Shown here piece after piece: positions 24,301 to 36,400 of a stretch of 64,000 bases of DNA; the stretch's first letter is position 1, and the number at the start of each line of letters is the position of its first letter. The notes under the pieces were generated by a model. That model did not search any database and was not told the DNA's origin. It worked only from the letters and a program-made list of their open reading frames with translations. The position numbers and the translations under genes are program-made. This DNA comes from Piromyces finnis finn. Its lineage: Eukaryota > Fungi > Neocallimastigomycota. The stretch covers positions 1 through 64,000 of the forward strand of contig MCFH01000038.1 in assembly GCA_002104945.1 (NCBI GenBank). The letters are read 5' to 3'.

Positions 24301-26268
24301 AGGACCATAAAACAAGTTAGCATTATCCTTTAATCGGATTTCACAATCGTATTCACGATGTGGAGGTAAAATATTACAATTCTTTTCATTAAAAACCTCT
24401 TTAAATAATAAATATTGTTTTGGAATTTCAATAGATTTTTTATCTTTATTCAAATTATCACTTTCACTTTTACATTTATTAATAATATTACAAAATAAAT
24501 CATAACAGTTACTAACTGAATTTAATACACGAGAATTATTATTATTACACACGTTTTTTGAAAATGAGTACTGTTTTGGTCCAGTGACCGAATTATTATC
24601 TTTATTTAAATTTTCATCAATACAATTAATGCTATTACATATACATTTAAAATTACAATTATTATCATTATTTAAACTATTACTAAATTTAATTTTATTA
24701 AAACTATCTAGGTTACTAATGGTTTTGACGGAGGTTCTACGGCCTCTAATACTTAATGTTTCTTCATCATCACTGGAGTCGCAACAAAAGGATTTGTCAT
24801 AGTCGGAAAAACCACGGTCAATGCAAGAGGATTGTTCATTTTCGTTATCCAAGGCAGCTTCTTTCCCTTTTCTTGATGATGGCATCGATTTCTTATCCAT
24901 ATTGGTTGTACCCTTATTTCTCCTTTTGCCTACATTACAGTGTCGAGCACAGTATCCTGAGCTAAAGGCAATTTTTGAGGAATCATGATAATAAACTGGA
25001 CAATGTTTCTCAATCCAAGGTACTCCAAGAATAACATCGACTTCGGGAATCCTTAACGAGTACAGTTGAATTACTTCGTAATGGTTCCTTAAACGGAGAA
25101 TACATTTTTCGGATTCTTTTCTAACAGTGGAATTACCTTGACCAAGACCAGAAACCTTAAATGGATTCCTGATATTGTAAAGCTTAATGTTATTAATTCT
25201 CGCAAATTCAGGATGAATAAAATTTAAATCAGAGCCGGAATCAATAAGGACTTTGACTTTCACTTCTTCCATATCGTTTGTTTTTATATAAAAATCGATG
25301 ATGTTCTTCTTTTCACTTTTGTGTATTTTATATAAGTTTGAATCATTCTCAGTAACATCTTTGGTTGGTCTAATTCTTTTGACTGAAGGGGTTGAAGAAC
25401 TGGCTTCTTCTTCGGAGATAGTCCTTTTAATAATCTTAACACTCTTAGGCTTTTTCCTGTTTGGACAATTGAACTGCATGTGTCCAGACTTCCCACAAGA
25501 AAAACAAACCCCTTTTTTCTTTAAATCCGATCTAGTAGTAGAAGGTTCAACGTAATTACTTCTGTGAAATGGGAAGTAATTTACGTTTCGTTGACCCTTG
25601 CTAATCCTATATAGGTCAACATCCATTGGATCGTCACGATTATAATTTCTTCTATCTTGGTGTGTCATATAATATTCGCTGATGTCATTTCTCTTAGTAA
25701 GATTTTCTATGCTAAGGACATCAGAGTAGAGACGCTCTAGCTGAGTAGGATTTGGGTTGACTATTGCTAAATGTTCACGCATTTTTGGATGTAGGCCCTT
25801 TGTGAACATATATATCTTCGCTGCTTCATTGAAATTAGAGTTTTGGCTAACGCGTTGAAATTCATTAATATATTCAAACACTTTGCCAAACTTTCTTTGT
25901 TTTATGTTGCAAAGTCTTCCATTTGCAACAATTGTGTCATTATTGGGATCTCCGAAATTGGTACGAAGGGCAGCAATAAATTGATCATAGTTTCTTAGAA
26001 TGGCGTCGTTGTTCTGTCGTAAACGAGCGGCCCATTCTAAAGGTCTGTTAACAAAGTAAGATATTAAGAATCGAACTCTTGCCTCATCATTAACAAATCT
26101 ATCAGGGTTGGCTTCAATGGCTAGTTCAACCCTGGTCAAGAACCCATCTAGTTCTTGTCTTCTTCCTGAAAAGGTTGGAGGATCATTAACTATCCTCAAA
26201 GACGCCCCTTGACGGTCCATATTTTCGTTTAAGTGGAGGTTAGATAAGAGTTGGTTGATTTCCTCCAA
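21400..26268 (-). CDS. gag-pol: Gag-Pol polyprotein of H2
   Basis: 1622 aa, nearly identical to H1 except in the Gag-C/protease region. Confidence 0.97.
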   Translation of the reverse strand: MEEINQLLSNLHLNENMDRQGASLRIVNDPPTFSGRRQELDGFLTRVELAIEANPDRFVNDEARVRFLISYFVNRPLEWAARLRQNNDAILRNYDQFIAALRTNFGDPNNDTIVANGRLCNIKQRKFGKVFEYINEFQRVSQNSNFNEAAKIYMFTKGLHPKMREHLAIVNPNPTQLERLYSDVLSIENLTKRNDISEYYMTHQDRRNYNRDDPMDVDLYRISKGQRNVNYFPFHRSNYVEPSTTRSDLKKKGVCFSCGKSGHMQFNCPNRKKPKSVKIIKRTISEEEASSSTPSVKRIRPTKDVTENDSNLYKIHKSEKKNIIDFYIKTNDMEEVKVKVLIDSGSDLNFIHPEFARINNIKLYNIRNPFKVSGLGQGNSTVRKESEKCILRLRNHYEVIQLYSLRIPEVDVILGVPWIEKHCPVYYHDSSKIAFSSGYCARHCNVGKRRNKGTTNMDKKSMPSSRKGKEAALDNENEQSSCIDRGFSDYDKSFCCDSSDDEETLSIRGRRTSVKTISNLDSFNKIKFSNSLNNDNNCNFKCICNSINCIDENLNKDNNSVTGPKQYSFSKNVCNNNNSRVLNSVSNCYDLFCNIINKCKSESDNLNKDKKSIEIPKQYLLFKEVFNEKNCNILPPHREYDCEIRLKDNANLFYGPLYPLTEAERDELKNYINENLEKGFIRKSSSPAGAPVLFVKKKDGSLRLCVDYRKLNDMTIRNSYPLPLIGDLLDRVKGAKYFTKLDLKSAYNLVRIKEGDEYKTAFRTRYGHFEYLVMPFGLKNAPATFQHFINDVLSDYLDDFAISYIDDILIYSNSLEEHHEHVKKVLKKLLENNLYVKLEKCEFDVSETTFLGYVLSKDGLKMDRDKVKAILDWPVPTNVKEVQSFIGLCNYYRIFIKDFAKIASPLHKLTRKNVPFNWVSECQNAFVTLKKAFTSAPILMNPDSNKPFIVETDASNFAVGAILSQEFEGQLHPIAFISSSLTKSQRNYQIYDKELLAIKVALEEWRHYLEGAKHQFIIYTDHKNLTFPRKPEMLSQRQIRWYEFLSRFDFKLIYRAGKKSGKPDLLSRRSDHICNIYNNDRINENIECSNFSCNFISCNVINSFNKDDSLINSILCSLKNDDLYNKVCVFLNDKNSSSPPIRNINKVKIDKEGFLLYDNLIYVPSSLRTRVLELHHDSISAGHFGVNKTIELISRNFWWPKFSYDVKKFIKSCETCCKAKVPRHKPYGLLSPLSTPNRAWSELSMDFIVELPKSKDMTTIMVIVDRLTKMAHFIPLRCLPTASIAADVFVNNIFKLHGFPDSIISDRGTQFTSDFWNRLCNLLNIKLAFSTANHPETDGQTERVNGILEQYLRCFINEKQNNWVDLLPFAEFAYNNTLQQSINQSPFFANYGFNPKFNPEIPSANRPNRAEQRILDINENIKFLKVNLDQAKETYKKYADQKRMESPDFEVGKKVWLLKGINPSNKNIKRKLADQMLGPFEIIKKVSPLAFELKLPNNLRCHPVFHVSLLEPYNENEFVNRSVMNKRKNVKLTTDTIDRIPDKIIQERNYHGKKSFLMTWKNLDENTWIPEDQITDVQLIQEFYRKNKKSRKESQDQVYTRNNNGMIKHRYQPFVIDIPSKK

Positions 26269-26440
26269 TATGCTTAATATTTTACTTATTTAATTTTTTA
26301 CAATATTTTAATTAAGATGTCGTCGTAACTCTATCCTATCAAACGGTGTTAGACGAGCTCTTAAAAATATAGTAACAAAATTAAATACAGTAACCAAATA
26401 GTGTTGGAAGCTTGAATGATACTAAAATAATAATCTAAAC

Positions 26441-26719
26441 GCGGTAGATATTTCCTAAGACACGGTAGATCGCCTTTAAAACACAGTAGATATTCCTTTA
26501 GACGCGGTAGATATTTCCTAAGACACGGTAGATCGCCTTTAAAACACAGTAGATATTCCTTTAGACGCGGTAGATATTTCCTAAGACACGGTAGATCGCC
26601 TTTAAAACACAGTAGATATTCCTTTAGACGCGGTAGATATTTCCTAAGACACGGTAGATCGCCTTTAAAACACAGTAGATATTCTTTTAGACGAGGTAGA
26701 TATTTCCTAAGACACGGTA
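26441..26719. repeat. 63-bp tandem repeat (3 x 21-bp subunits, about 4.4 copies) in the H2 leader
   Basis: Unit GCGGTAGATATTTCCTAAGAC-ACGGTAGATCGCCTTTAAAAC-ACAGTAGATATTCCTTTAGAC. H1 has only one subunit plus the start of the next at ~8366-8392. Confidence 0.95.
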
Positions 26720-28252
26720 AGTAAGAAAAAAAATATTAAATATGTTTTATTAAAAAAAAAAAAAATTTTATAACGTGTTTTATAAAAAAAAAAAAGGTAA
26801 TTGTTATTGTAAAAGTTTTATAAATGTAAAACAGATTATAAAATTTTTTACAATAAAACAACAACACAAAATAAAGAAAAAACAAGAAAATAAATTATAT
26901 TTAAAAAAATATCTCTTTTATTAATTTTATTTAGTTATTAACTAAATAATAGTCAATAACAATTACATCGTTTTAATCAAGAAATTTTACATGCATTTAT
27001 ATTTTTCGTAAATTATATTTTAATATACTATTCTATTTAATTATACATATATTCAATATAAAATAAACAAAACTAATTTAATACTAATTTAATTAAATAA
27101 TAAAATAATAAAACTAAACTAAAACTAATTAAATACACTTTTGATTCAATTTGAGTAAACTGCAAATTGAATACAGTCCATGTATTACCTATATATTAAT
27201 TAAATATTAATAATACTATTTATTATATATTTATAATTAAAAATGCTAATTTAAAACTACGCTAAAGTTATTAAACTAATTTTAATTAAATAAAAACTTT
27301 TTAAGATTTAATTTGAATATTTAAAATATTTAAATTTAATTATCCATTAATTTAAATATTTATCCAAATTTCATTTCTAACTTTGATATTTTAAAATTAA
27401 TATTTATTTAATTATTCCATAAAATTTATACAATAAATTTTATAAACAATTTTTTCATTAAAATATCAAAATTATTATTCAATAATTATTAATTAATTAT
27501 TAAATAATTTAAAGATATACTTTATATCTTTACAACAACCAAGAAACGTTGTACCGTCAATCTAGTGCCTTTGTCTCTTATAAAAAAGAGCTTGAAGAAG
27601 AGATGGCCAGATTGAGGGAGCAACGAAACGCTCTAGAAGAAAGAGAAAAATTGTTCGAGGCTAAAGTCGAAGCCATGAACAGAAGAGCTGAAGCCAGAGC
27701 TCATGAAAGAACATCCTATCAAACCGGTGGTACGGGTAATCCTTATGGTGCTGGAACTAGTAGCAGCACCAACCCTACGGAATACTCCGAGGATGGGGAC
27801 GTGAAGATGTTCGACTGGCGAGTACATAGGTATGAAGAAAAAGTGCCTATGTTTGATAATAATGGGATAGACTTAGAGGGTTTTCAAGAGAAGTGCTTAC
27901 GTCATTTCAAACGTTATCCATATGACTATGGTAACGACGAAAAGGCAAAGGTTAGCTTCATTGAAGATCATCTAGGTGGGAAAGTATTGAGATGGTATAG
28001 ACTTAGAGAGAGGACGCTGCAGCGTAGGAATCCTGATGCTGAAAGACTATTCCTCCACCTTCAAGATAAGTTTCCACCAGAGTCTCCCCATGAACTCTGC
28101 AAGTCAAAGTTGCTTAAACTCACACATGAGTGGGGAAAAGCATACGACTACTTGGAAGAGTTCAATGAATTGACGGAAACACTTGGGCTTCCTGAAAATG
28201 TTAGGAGACAGGTGTTAATACAACAGGTCAGGCCTTCTGTCAGGGAAGCGTT

Positions 28253-31200
28253 CTATGATATCCCTGAACAGGACCTAATAGCCAACAACTCCTTTTCCGT
28301 GATGGAGTAGTTGATTTCTGCTTTCGTAAGCTTCTTGGAATAGTAATACACAGGGTGTAGTTCATTGTCATCGCCTAGTTGTGATAGTACACCGCCCACC
28401 GCGTAGTTACTAGCGTCGCACTCCACTATGAACTGACGGTCATGGTCAGGATATGCTAATACTGGTGGAGACAACAGCATTTCTTTTAACTTCTCGAACG
28501 CCTGGATGCGTTCTTCATTCCACAGGAACTGTACCTTTTTGGACGTCATAGCATATAACGGCCTTGCTATCTTAGAGAAGTCCTTTATAAACTTCCTATA
28601 ATAGTTGCAGAATCCAAGGAATGACTGTAGTTCTTTAATGTTGGTTGGTTGTGGCCAACTTGCTACAGCTTTTAACTTTTCTGGGTCGGTTTTAATACCA
28701 TATTTTCCAACTACATGACCCAGGAATGCAAGTTCTTCCTTGTGGAACTCACACTTCGCCAACTTAGCTACTAGACGATTATCTATTAGCTTTTGTAGGA
28801 CTCTTTTTACATGCCCTACATGCTCTTCAAGTGACTTGGAGTAGATGATGATATCATCCAAGTACACTTGACAGCAATCATTGATTTCCTCTGCCAGCAC
28901 CGTATTAATGAACCCTTGGAACGTGGCAGGAGCATTAGTCAACCCAAATGGCATCACTAGATATTCATAATGCCCAAACTTGGTTGAGAATGCCGTCTTG
29001 TATTCGTCACCTTCACGAATACGCACGAGGTTGTAGGCAGACTTCAAATCCAACTTGGAGAAGATAGTCGCGCCTTTCATAGCCTCAAACACTTGACTGA
29101 TGAGTGGTAAGGGAAAGGAGTTACGCACTGTTACCTTATTAAGACGCCTATAATCAGTACATAATCGTCTTTCACCACTCTTTTTGGGCACGAATAACAC
29201 AGGATAACCTGCAGGACTTTCTGACTTCCTGATGAAGCCCTTTAACAGGTTTTCCTCTATATATTCCTTCAGTGCTTTTTCCTCTTCTGGATTGAAGGGA
29301 TATATAGGCCCTTTATGAAGACTAGCATCCGGCTCCAGGTCGATCTTACAGTCGTAAGGACGGTGTTCTGGTAGCTGGTTAGCTATTTCTTCATTAAATG
29401 CTTCTTTGAAATTGTGGTAGTACTTCTCCACGATTTCTTCAGGTGTGGGTTGATTTTCGTTTAAGTTTTCTCCCTGTACCAACCCTACGTAAATGTGATT
29501 TTTCTCTAAGTTCGACTCTTGTACCAACCCTACTGAAACACAAGTTTTTTCTAAGTTGGATTCAAATGTCAACCCTCCGGAATCACATTTTTTCTCTAAG
29601 TCAACACTCTGTACCAGCCCTACTGAAACGGGATTTTTCTCTAAGTCAGAACTTCGTGTCAACCCTCCGGAAACACAAGTTTTCTCTAAGTTAGCACTCT
29701 GTACCAACCCTACTGAAACACAAGTTTTCTCTAAGTTGGAACTCGATGCCAACCCTCCGGAACTTCCGTTTCTGGTTTCTTTTGTAGCCTTGTGGCTACC
29801 ATTGCCCACGATTTCGGCTTCAATGTTTTCTGCGGTTACAGTTACCAGAGGCCTTCTTGCTTTTGCATTAGTAACTGTATTTATGGGACTTAATTGAGTA
29901 CAGTAGTAGATGTCACCACCATTCACACCATAACTGTTGGTATGTCCTTTATCCTTATCATTATCTACTACGAAGTACCTCACTTGTGCATCTTTATCGT
30001 AACCTCTGTAGATAAAGTGCTCATCCATGAAGCCCAGTCCCACAATGATCATCTCCGGCATGTTGTCGGATAGGTGACAACTTGTGTTGAAGCAGTATGG
30101 TTTAGCTTCTTGTTCGCCAGATGGAGTTAACCATAACTTCAACTGCAAGTCATCTGAGAACTGCTTTAATTCGATATCACCATTCACAGTTCTGAATATG
30201 GCTGGTTTGTCCACTACCTTTAACCCGAGCTTCTTTGCCAAATTTGGGTGAATGAGGTTTGTAGTGGAACCAGTATCATACAAGACTTCTACCCTTTTTA
30301 TATCTCGAGGGTTGCTTCTTGCATTTATTTCAGCTACTAATTGGTTCTGACTGTAGTAGCTGTTATTAACCGTCGTTTGACTTGCCATAGCCTTAGGTAA
30401 TGGGTTATTTCCCATACTAGAAGGTCCTTGCCTTGGTTGGAAGCTAGAACTTCTTCTAAAGCTTGACTTGTTTAATGATTCACGACGTTCTTTAATACCG
30501 TTATTGTTTTTTGCGTAAGCCTGAGTGTTGGTCTGCTCAACTTTAGGCTTATTATTTGGCTTGTTGTTCTTCTGCTTTAACTCAGCCCATCTAGATGGTC
30601 TACATGGGTCTGTGATGTCCAACAAGGCCATAATAGTGGTCTGGCGGTCTCTTTTGTCGTATTTTTCTATGGTTTCATTACGGAAGACTGCTTGGTGATC
30701 ATCGCACTTTAACAAGACTTCACTTAATGTTTCCAGCGTACGTTCCTGTTCAGGGATATCATAGAACGCTTCCCTGACAGAAGGCCTGACCTGTTGTATT
30801 AACACCTGTCTCCTAACATTTTCAGGAAGCCCAAGTGTTTCCGTCAATTCATTGAACTCTTCCAAGTAGTCGTATGCTTTTCCCCACTCATGTGTGAGTT
30901 TAAGCAACTTTGACTTGCAGAGTTCATGGGGAGACTCTGGTGGAAACTTATCTTGAAGGTGGAGGAATAGTCTTTCAGCATCAGGATTCCTACGCTGCAG
31001 CGTCCTCTCTCTAAGTCTATACCATCTCAATACTTTCCCACCTAGATGATCTTCAATGAAGCTAACCTTTGCCTTTTCGTCGTTACCATAGTCATATGGA
31101 TAACGTTTGAAATGACGTAAGCACTTCTCTTGAAAACCCTCTAAGTCTATCCCATTATTATCAAACATAGGCACTTTTTCTTCATACCTATGTACTCGCC

Positions 31201-32032
31201 AGTCGAACATCTTCACGTCCCCATCCTCGGAGTATTCCGTAGGGTTGGTGCTGCTACTAGTTCCAGCACCATGAGGATTACCCGTACCACCGGTTTGATA
31301 GGATGTTCTTTCATGAGCTCTGGCTTCAGCTCTTCTGTTCATGGCTTCGACTTTAGCCTCGAACAATTTTTCTCTTTCTTCTAGAGCGTTTCGTTGCTCC
31401 CTCAATCTGGCCATCTCTTCTTCAAGCTCTTTTTTATAAGAGACAAAGGCACTAGATTGACGGTACAACGTTTCTTGGTTGTTTAGCACTTGCTGGTGGT
31501 CTTGTAACCTTTCCTCATGTTCTGCAGTAAAGGCATTTTCCACAGCATGCAGCTCTTCCAAGCTAACTTGGCTAGCCGACTCATTAGCTTCCAACCTTTG
31601 ATCCACTTCAACAAATTTTTGCTGAAGAGCATCGTTTATCTCGCTCTTGTAAACCTCAATACCACGAAGTTGTTCTTCCATAGCACCCAGACGGTTTCCC
31701 ATACTAGCAAACTGGCTAGATATTTCTGAAACCCATCTATTAAGAAGAACCTCAATGTGTTGCATTGGGTTTACCTCACTATTATTAGTAAAAAAGAAAG
31801 AAGGATCAACAGGGGCGGGCATAGAATCCCCCTGTTGAACCTGTAAATTCTGATTAGATTCGACCTCAGTGCTTTCGAGAAGCACCGGGGTTCGAACCCG
31901 TGACATTCCCTCTACACCATCCATGCCATCCGCGCTCGCCGCGTCAGGACGGGTCCCGTCCCTTACGAATGATGTTTTTGTGTCCAATTTATGGACACCC
32001 CGAGGGTTAGGCGACTTACCTGCGTTTTTCAT
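28253..32032 (-). pseudogene. gag-pol: Truncated Gag-Pol of F-
   Basis: LYDTGS protease, YLDDIIIY RT, ECDAS RNase H. The last six residues derive from F+. Confidence 0.9.
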
Positions 32033-32831
32033 TTCTAATTCGAAAATAAATTCTTTTAATAAATTAAAGAATTTATTATATAAAATATGGTTATAATGAA
32101 TTTTAAAATTTAAAAATAATGAATTTTTAATGCTAAACTATTAAAAAATAATTATTTTTAATAATAAATTTACTTCTTTTAAATATAATATTTGAATATT
32201 ATATAAAATATTGTAAATAATTATTATTAAACAATAATTTAAAATAAAATAAAATATGTTTTTTAAGAATTTTTTAATAACACTAACCTAATTAAAACTA
32301 AGCTAACGTAAGAACTAACTATAAAGCGTTAGTATTGTAAAAGGTTTATTATAATATTAGTTAATAGGTTATTAAATTAGTTAATTAAGTTAGTTATTAC
32401 CTCTCTATACGAGTTAATAACTAAATAAAGTTTTATAAAAAATAATAAAAGAAGGAAAATAAATATTATAACACTAAAATAAATATAAACACTTATATAA
32501 ATATTTTATGAAATAACTTTTACTTAAATAATTATATTTTAATTATATCTTTTATTTATTAATTATAATTATCTACATTAATTATTATTATAGTTATTAA
32601 TTTACTTTAATACTAACGCTAAAGTATTTAACGTTAGTTTTGACTATACTATTTAACTATATGAGTTTATTTTCTTTACCACTTGATTGGGTAAAGCAAA
32701 TAAACTTCCTATTTAATTAATAACCATTAATATATGGTTATGCATATATTTGGCCAATAAATGGTGACCAGAATATATGGTTTCAATTGAAATATTTGTG
32801 GGCAAACTTATGGCCACAAATATTTCTTACA
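28274..32831 (-). mobile_element. Truncated element F- (5' LTR 32336-32831; gag-PR-RT-partial RNase H; no IN, no 3' LTR)
   Basis: ORF 28253-32032 breaks off in RNase H after ELLAIR and reads into the inverted gag of F+. Confidence 0.93.
29455..29765 (-). repeat. 45-bp coding tandem repeat (about 7 x 15 aa) between PR and RT of F
   Basis: SNLEKTCVS(V/G)GL units. CTAAGT-like cores are spaced 45 bp apart. Confidence 0.9.
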
Positions 32832-33492
32832 ATGTTACAATGTTATATATTTCTTATATAATAACTTATTATTATCTTAATTTAATAACTTGAAGTTATT
32901 AAAAGTGATAATAATTTGTAACAAAAAAAAAAAATAAATAATTTGTTTTATTAAAACACAAAATCTATAAAAAAAATATAATGTTTTATTAATAACTATT
33001 TTATTAGTTAAATTTTATTAAAAAATAATGTGTTTATGATTATTAACTATACTAATAATAATGTTTAAATAAAGGAATTAAAAGATTATTTATATTTTTC
33101 TATTAATATAAACTTTAATTTATCTTCTTTAATTATGTTTTGTTATAAACAAATATTTAATTATAAATATCTAATTATTAATTACATTATAGTTTATTTA
33201 CATGTTAATAATATCGGAATTTTAAAAATAATTATTTGTTTATTTATTTATTTTTTACTTAAATACTAATTAATTATAACTAAATTTAACTTTGTTTTGA
33301 ATTATTATTTTAACATTTATTAATTTATTTCTACATTTAATTTTATCTTATTTATTTATTTATTATAAATTTGTTTTTAAGTTTAATATTAAATTGTTAA
33401 TTAGAACTTACTTATATAATTTTATTTCTTCATTAATAATTATTGTTGTTTTTATAATCATTTAAGTTTGCCTTATATCAATACCTTGGCGG

Positions 33493-36400
33493 CTAAGATT
33501 TGACTTCGTCCCTTGAAGTCAGATTTTCTTCTTGTATTACATATGGATAAATGTTCTTTATATGTACATTACGATTTAATAGCTCGCCTGTTTGAGGATC
33601 TTCTAGTACAACAGTATTAAATTTTGGTTTCTGTACTACCTTAAAGGGGCCGTAGAAATACGGATCTAATTTGCTTCTTCCAATAAGTCTTATCATTACT
33701 AGATCGCCAGGTTGATATTTCTTCTTGAGTGCTTTCGAAAAACCCATTCGATGTTCCCAATATTTATTTGCTTTATCTGAGTATTCAGTCGCTTCTTTAA
33801 CCCATCTCTGATGTCTTAAGAATCTTCTGAATATATATTCTTCTTCGGATTCTTCAGCGTCTTTAGGGAAATCTGGAAACATTATCTCCATTGGCCAAGT
33901 ATCTTTTCTACCGTATAGCAATTCAAAACTGCTAAATTTTGTTTTAGAATTTCTGGTAGTACGTAAGGCCCAAAGTGCGGAAGGAAGACATACGTCCCAT
34001 TCTATTTCATTTTCAATTAAGAGTCTTAATGTTTTTCCGATTTCGCGATTCCGGTTTTCTATCATTCCATTAGATTCTGGATGGTGAGGTGATACATAAT
34101 GAACCCATGAACCATAAAGATCTATCATCATTTTGGTTATTTCAGATATAAAAGAACTTCCATTATCTGTTATTATGATTTCTGGGGGTCCGTGTCTAGC
34201 TATTACTTCAGTTAGAAATTTAATTACTTCTTCTGATTTGGTGTTAGGGATGGCTTTAGCCTCGACCCACTTGGTGAAATAATCTACTAGGGTAATAATG
34301 TAAGCATTACCTGATTTAGTTATGGGTAGCGGTCCTATTATATCCAAACCTACCCGTACGAACGGTCTTTCAATAGGTGTAATATTGGTAGCGGTGTTTT
34401 TTGGTAATGGCTTAGGTCGGAATAGTTGGCATTTGTGGCAAGATTTTACCCACATTTTTACATCGTTCCATATTCCTGGCCAATAGTAGGATTGCATGAT
34501 TCTATTTACTGTCTTCTCTGCACCTTCATGGCCTACTTGGTGTGCTCTATTTATAATGTCTTTTTTATCTTCATCTTTGATTATTACTTTTAGGTAGAGT
34601 TCATTCTTTTTATAGTATAGTGTATTATCAACGACTTGATAATTTTTCTTGAAGTACTTTATTATTCCTTCTGGAAGGTCTAAGTCTTTGGGATTAAATT
34701 CACTGAGGATAGCATTTATACATAAGGTAACTTCATTGTTTTTAGATGGTAGCCTTGATAGAGCGTCAGCAAATACATTTTGTTTTCCTTTTTCATATTT
34801 AAGATCGACTTTATACTTATAGAATTCTTCTATCCATCGTGCATGTCTGCCCTTGGTTGGGATACCTTTCTTGAAGTAACCTAATAATGGTTTATGATCA
34901 GTTATTATGATTATTTTTTCTTTACCACTTACTATATAAGGTCTGAAATTCCTTAGACTATATATTACTCCTAGTCCTTCTAGATCGGTTACAGAGTAAT
35001 TCTTTTCAGAAGACGAAAGTGTTCTACTAATACAGCATATTGGATGTTCTACTCCATCTTCTTCCCTTTGAAGTAGAACACCTCCGACTCCTTTAGTAGA
35101 GGCATCTGTTCTTATTATAAAATCTTTGTTAAAGTCCGGATATGCAAGTATAGGATCTGAAAGTAAGCATTGCTTTATTTCTTCGAAAGCATCGTTACAT
35201 TCATTGTCCCATATAAATTTTTTATCCTTTTTCAGTAAGTTAAAAAGTGGTTTTGCCTTTTTTGCAAAGTTTTGGATGAACTTCCTGTAGTAGCTTGCAA
35301 GTCCTAAAAATGATCTAAGTTCTTTAATATCCTTTGGAATGTCCCAAAGTGCTAGGTTTTGTACTTTGTTAGGAACGGTTTTTAATCCTTCTGGAGTAAG
35401 CACGTGTCCTAAGACTTCTACTGAGGTTTGGAAAAATTTACATTTTTGTAAGTTTACAGATAAGTTGTTTTTTGCAAATATTTTGAAGACTTTTCTTAAG
35501 TGTTGTAAGTGTTCCTGTAGATTTTTCGAATAGACTACGATATCGTCGATGTAAACGAATAGACAGTCTCCTATAAGAGGTAGTAAAATTCTGTTCATTT
35601 CGCGTTGGAAGGATGCTGGTGCATTTGTTAGTCCAAATGGCATGACGCGAAAGTTGTAGTTTCCGAATTTAGTTGTAAAGGATGTTTTTTCTATGTCTTG
35701 TGGATTCATTGGTATCTGATGATATCCCGAGAACAGATCTAATGCGGAAAATATCTTTGCATCTTTTACTGAAGATACAAGTTCATCTATGAAGGGTAAT
35801 GCATACGAGTCTTTTATGGTTATTTCATTCAGCTTTCGGTAGTCGATACACATTCTCCATTTTCCGTTTTTCTTTTGAACGAGAAGAACAGGAAATGAGT
35901 AAGGAGAATGTGAGGGTTCGATCAGTCCTTTTTCGAGAAGTGAAATGATTTCTTTCTTTAGAATATCCGAGTGTTCTTTGGAAAGTTTATACGGTTTGAG
36001 TTTAATTGGTTTGTTGGTTGTTGTCATAATAGAATGAGGCTCTAAATTTGCTGTAGTAAGTTGGGATAGCGAAGTGGCCATCCATTCTTTGTATTCTAGT
36101 ATTAGTTGTTCAAAATTTCTTTTTATTTCGTCTGGAGAATTTTCGATAATTTTGTTTAGTACTTCATCAAATTCCCTTTGTTCTTCGTTAGATATTGTTA
36201 TTGCATTAATTAGTGGAATGTTTTGATTTTCTTTTTCAGTCATGGTAATCTTTGTTAACCCTTCATTTGATTTTTGATATATCGTATCATTATCTGGGTC
36301 TATTAGAAGTCTATACTTCTTCTGGACGCCTCTTCCTAGTATTATATCGTAATTGTTATTTATTTGGTTTAATATGTAGAAATCCTCTTTTATAGTTAAA

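Larger units (their letters stand above)
20642..27534 (-). mobile_element. Full-length element H2 (H family) nested in the gag of F+
   Basis: 727-bp LTRs 20642-21368 and 26808-27534. TSD ACAAC (20637-20641 / 27535-27539). Confidence 0.97.
19290..28273 (+). mobile_element. Truncated element F+ (5' LTR 19290-19785 plus gag), interrupted by H2
   Basis: Near-identical to the reverse complement of 30745-32831. gag is split at TSD ACAAC (ORFs 20087-20758 and 27549-28310). Ends at the junction with F- at 28273/28274. Confidence 0.93.

Noticed and set aside
26441-26719. CRISPR-like array
   Set aside because: The units are head-to-tail with no unique spacers, there are no cas genes, and the context is eukaryotic.
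19290-32831. One element with inverted LTRs (DIRS-like or fold-back)
   Set aside because: There is no tyrosine recombinase and no shared TSD. Two insertions plus a deletion explain the flanks.
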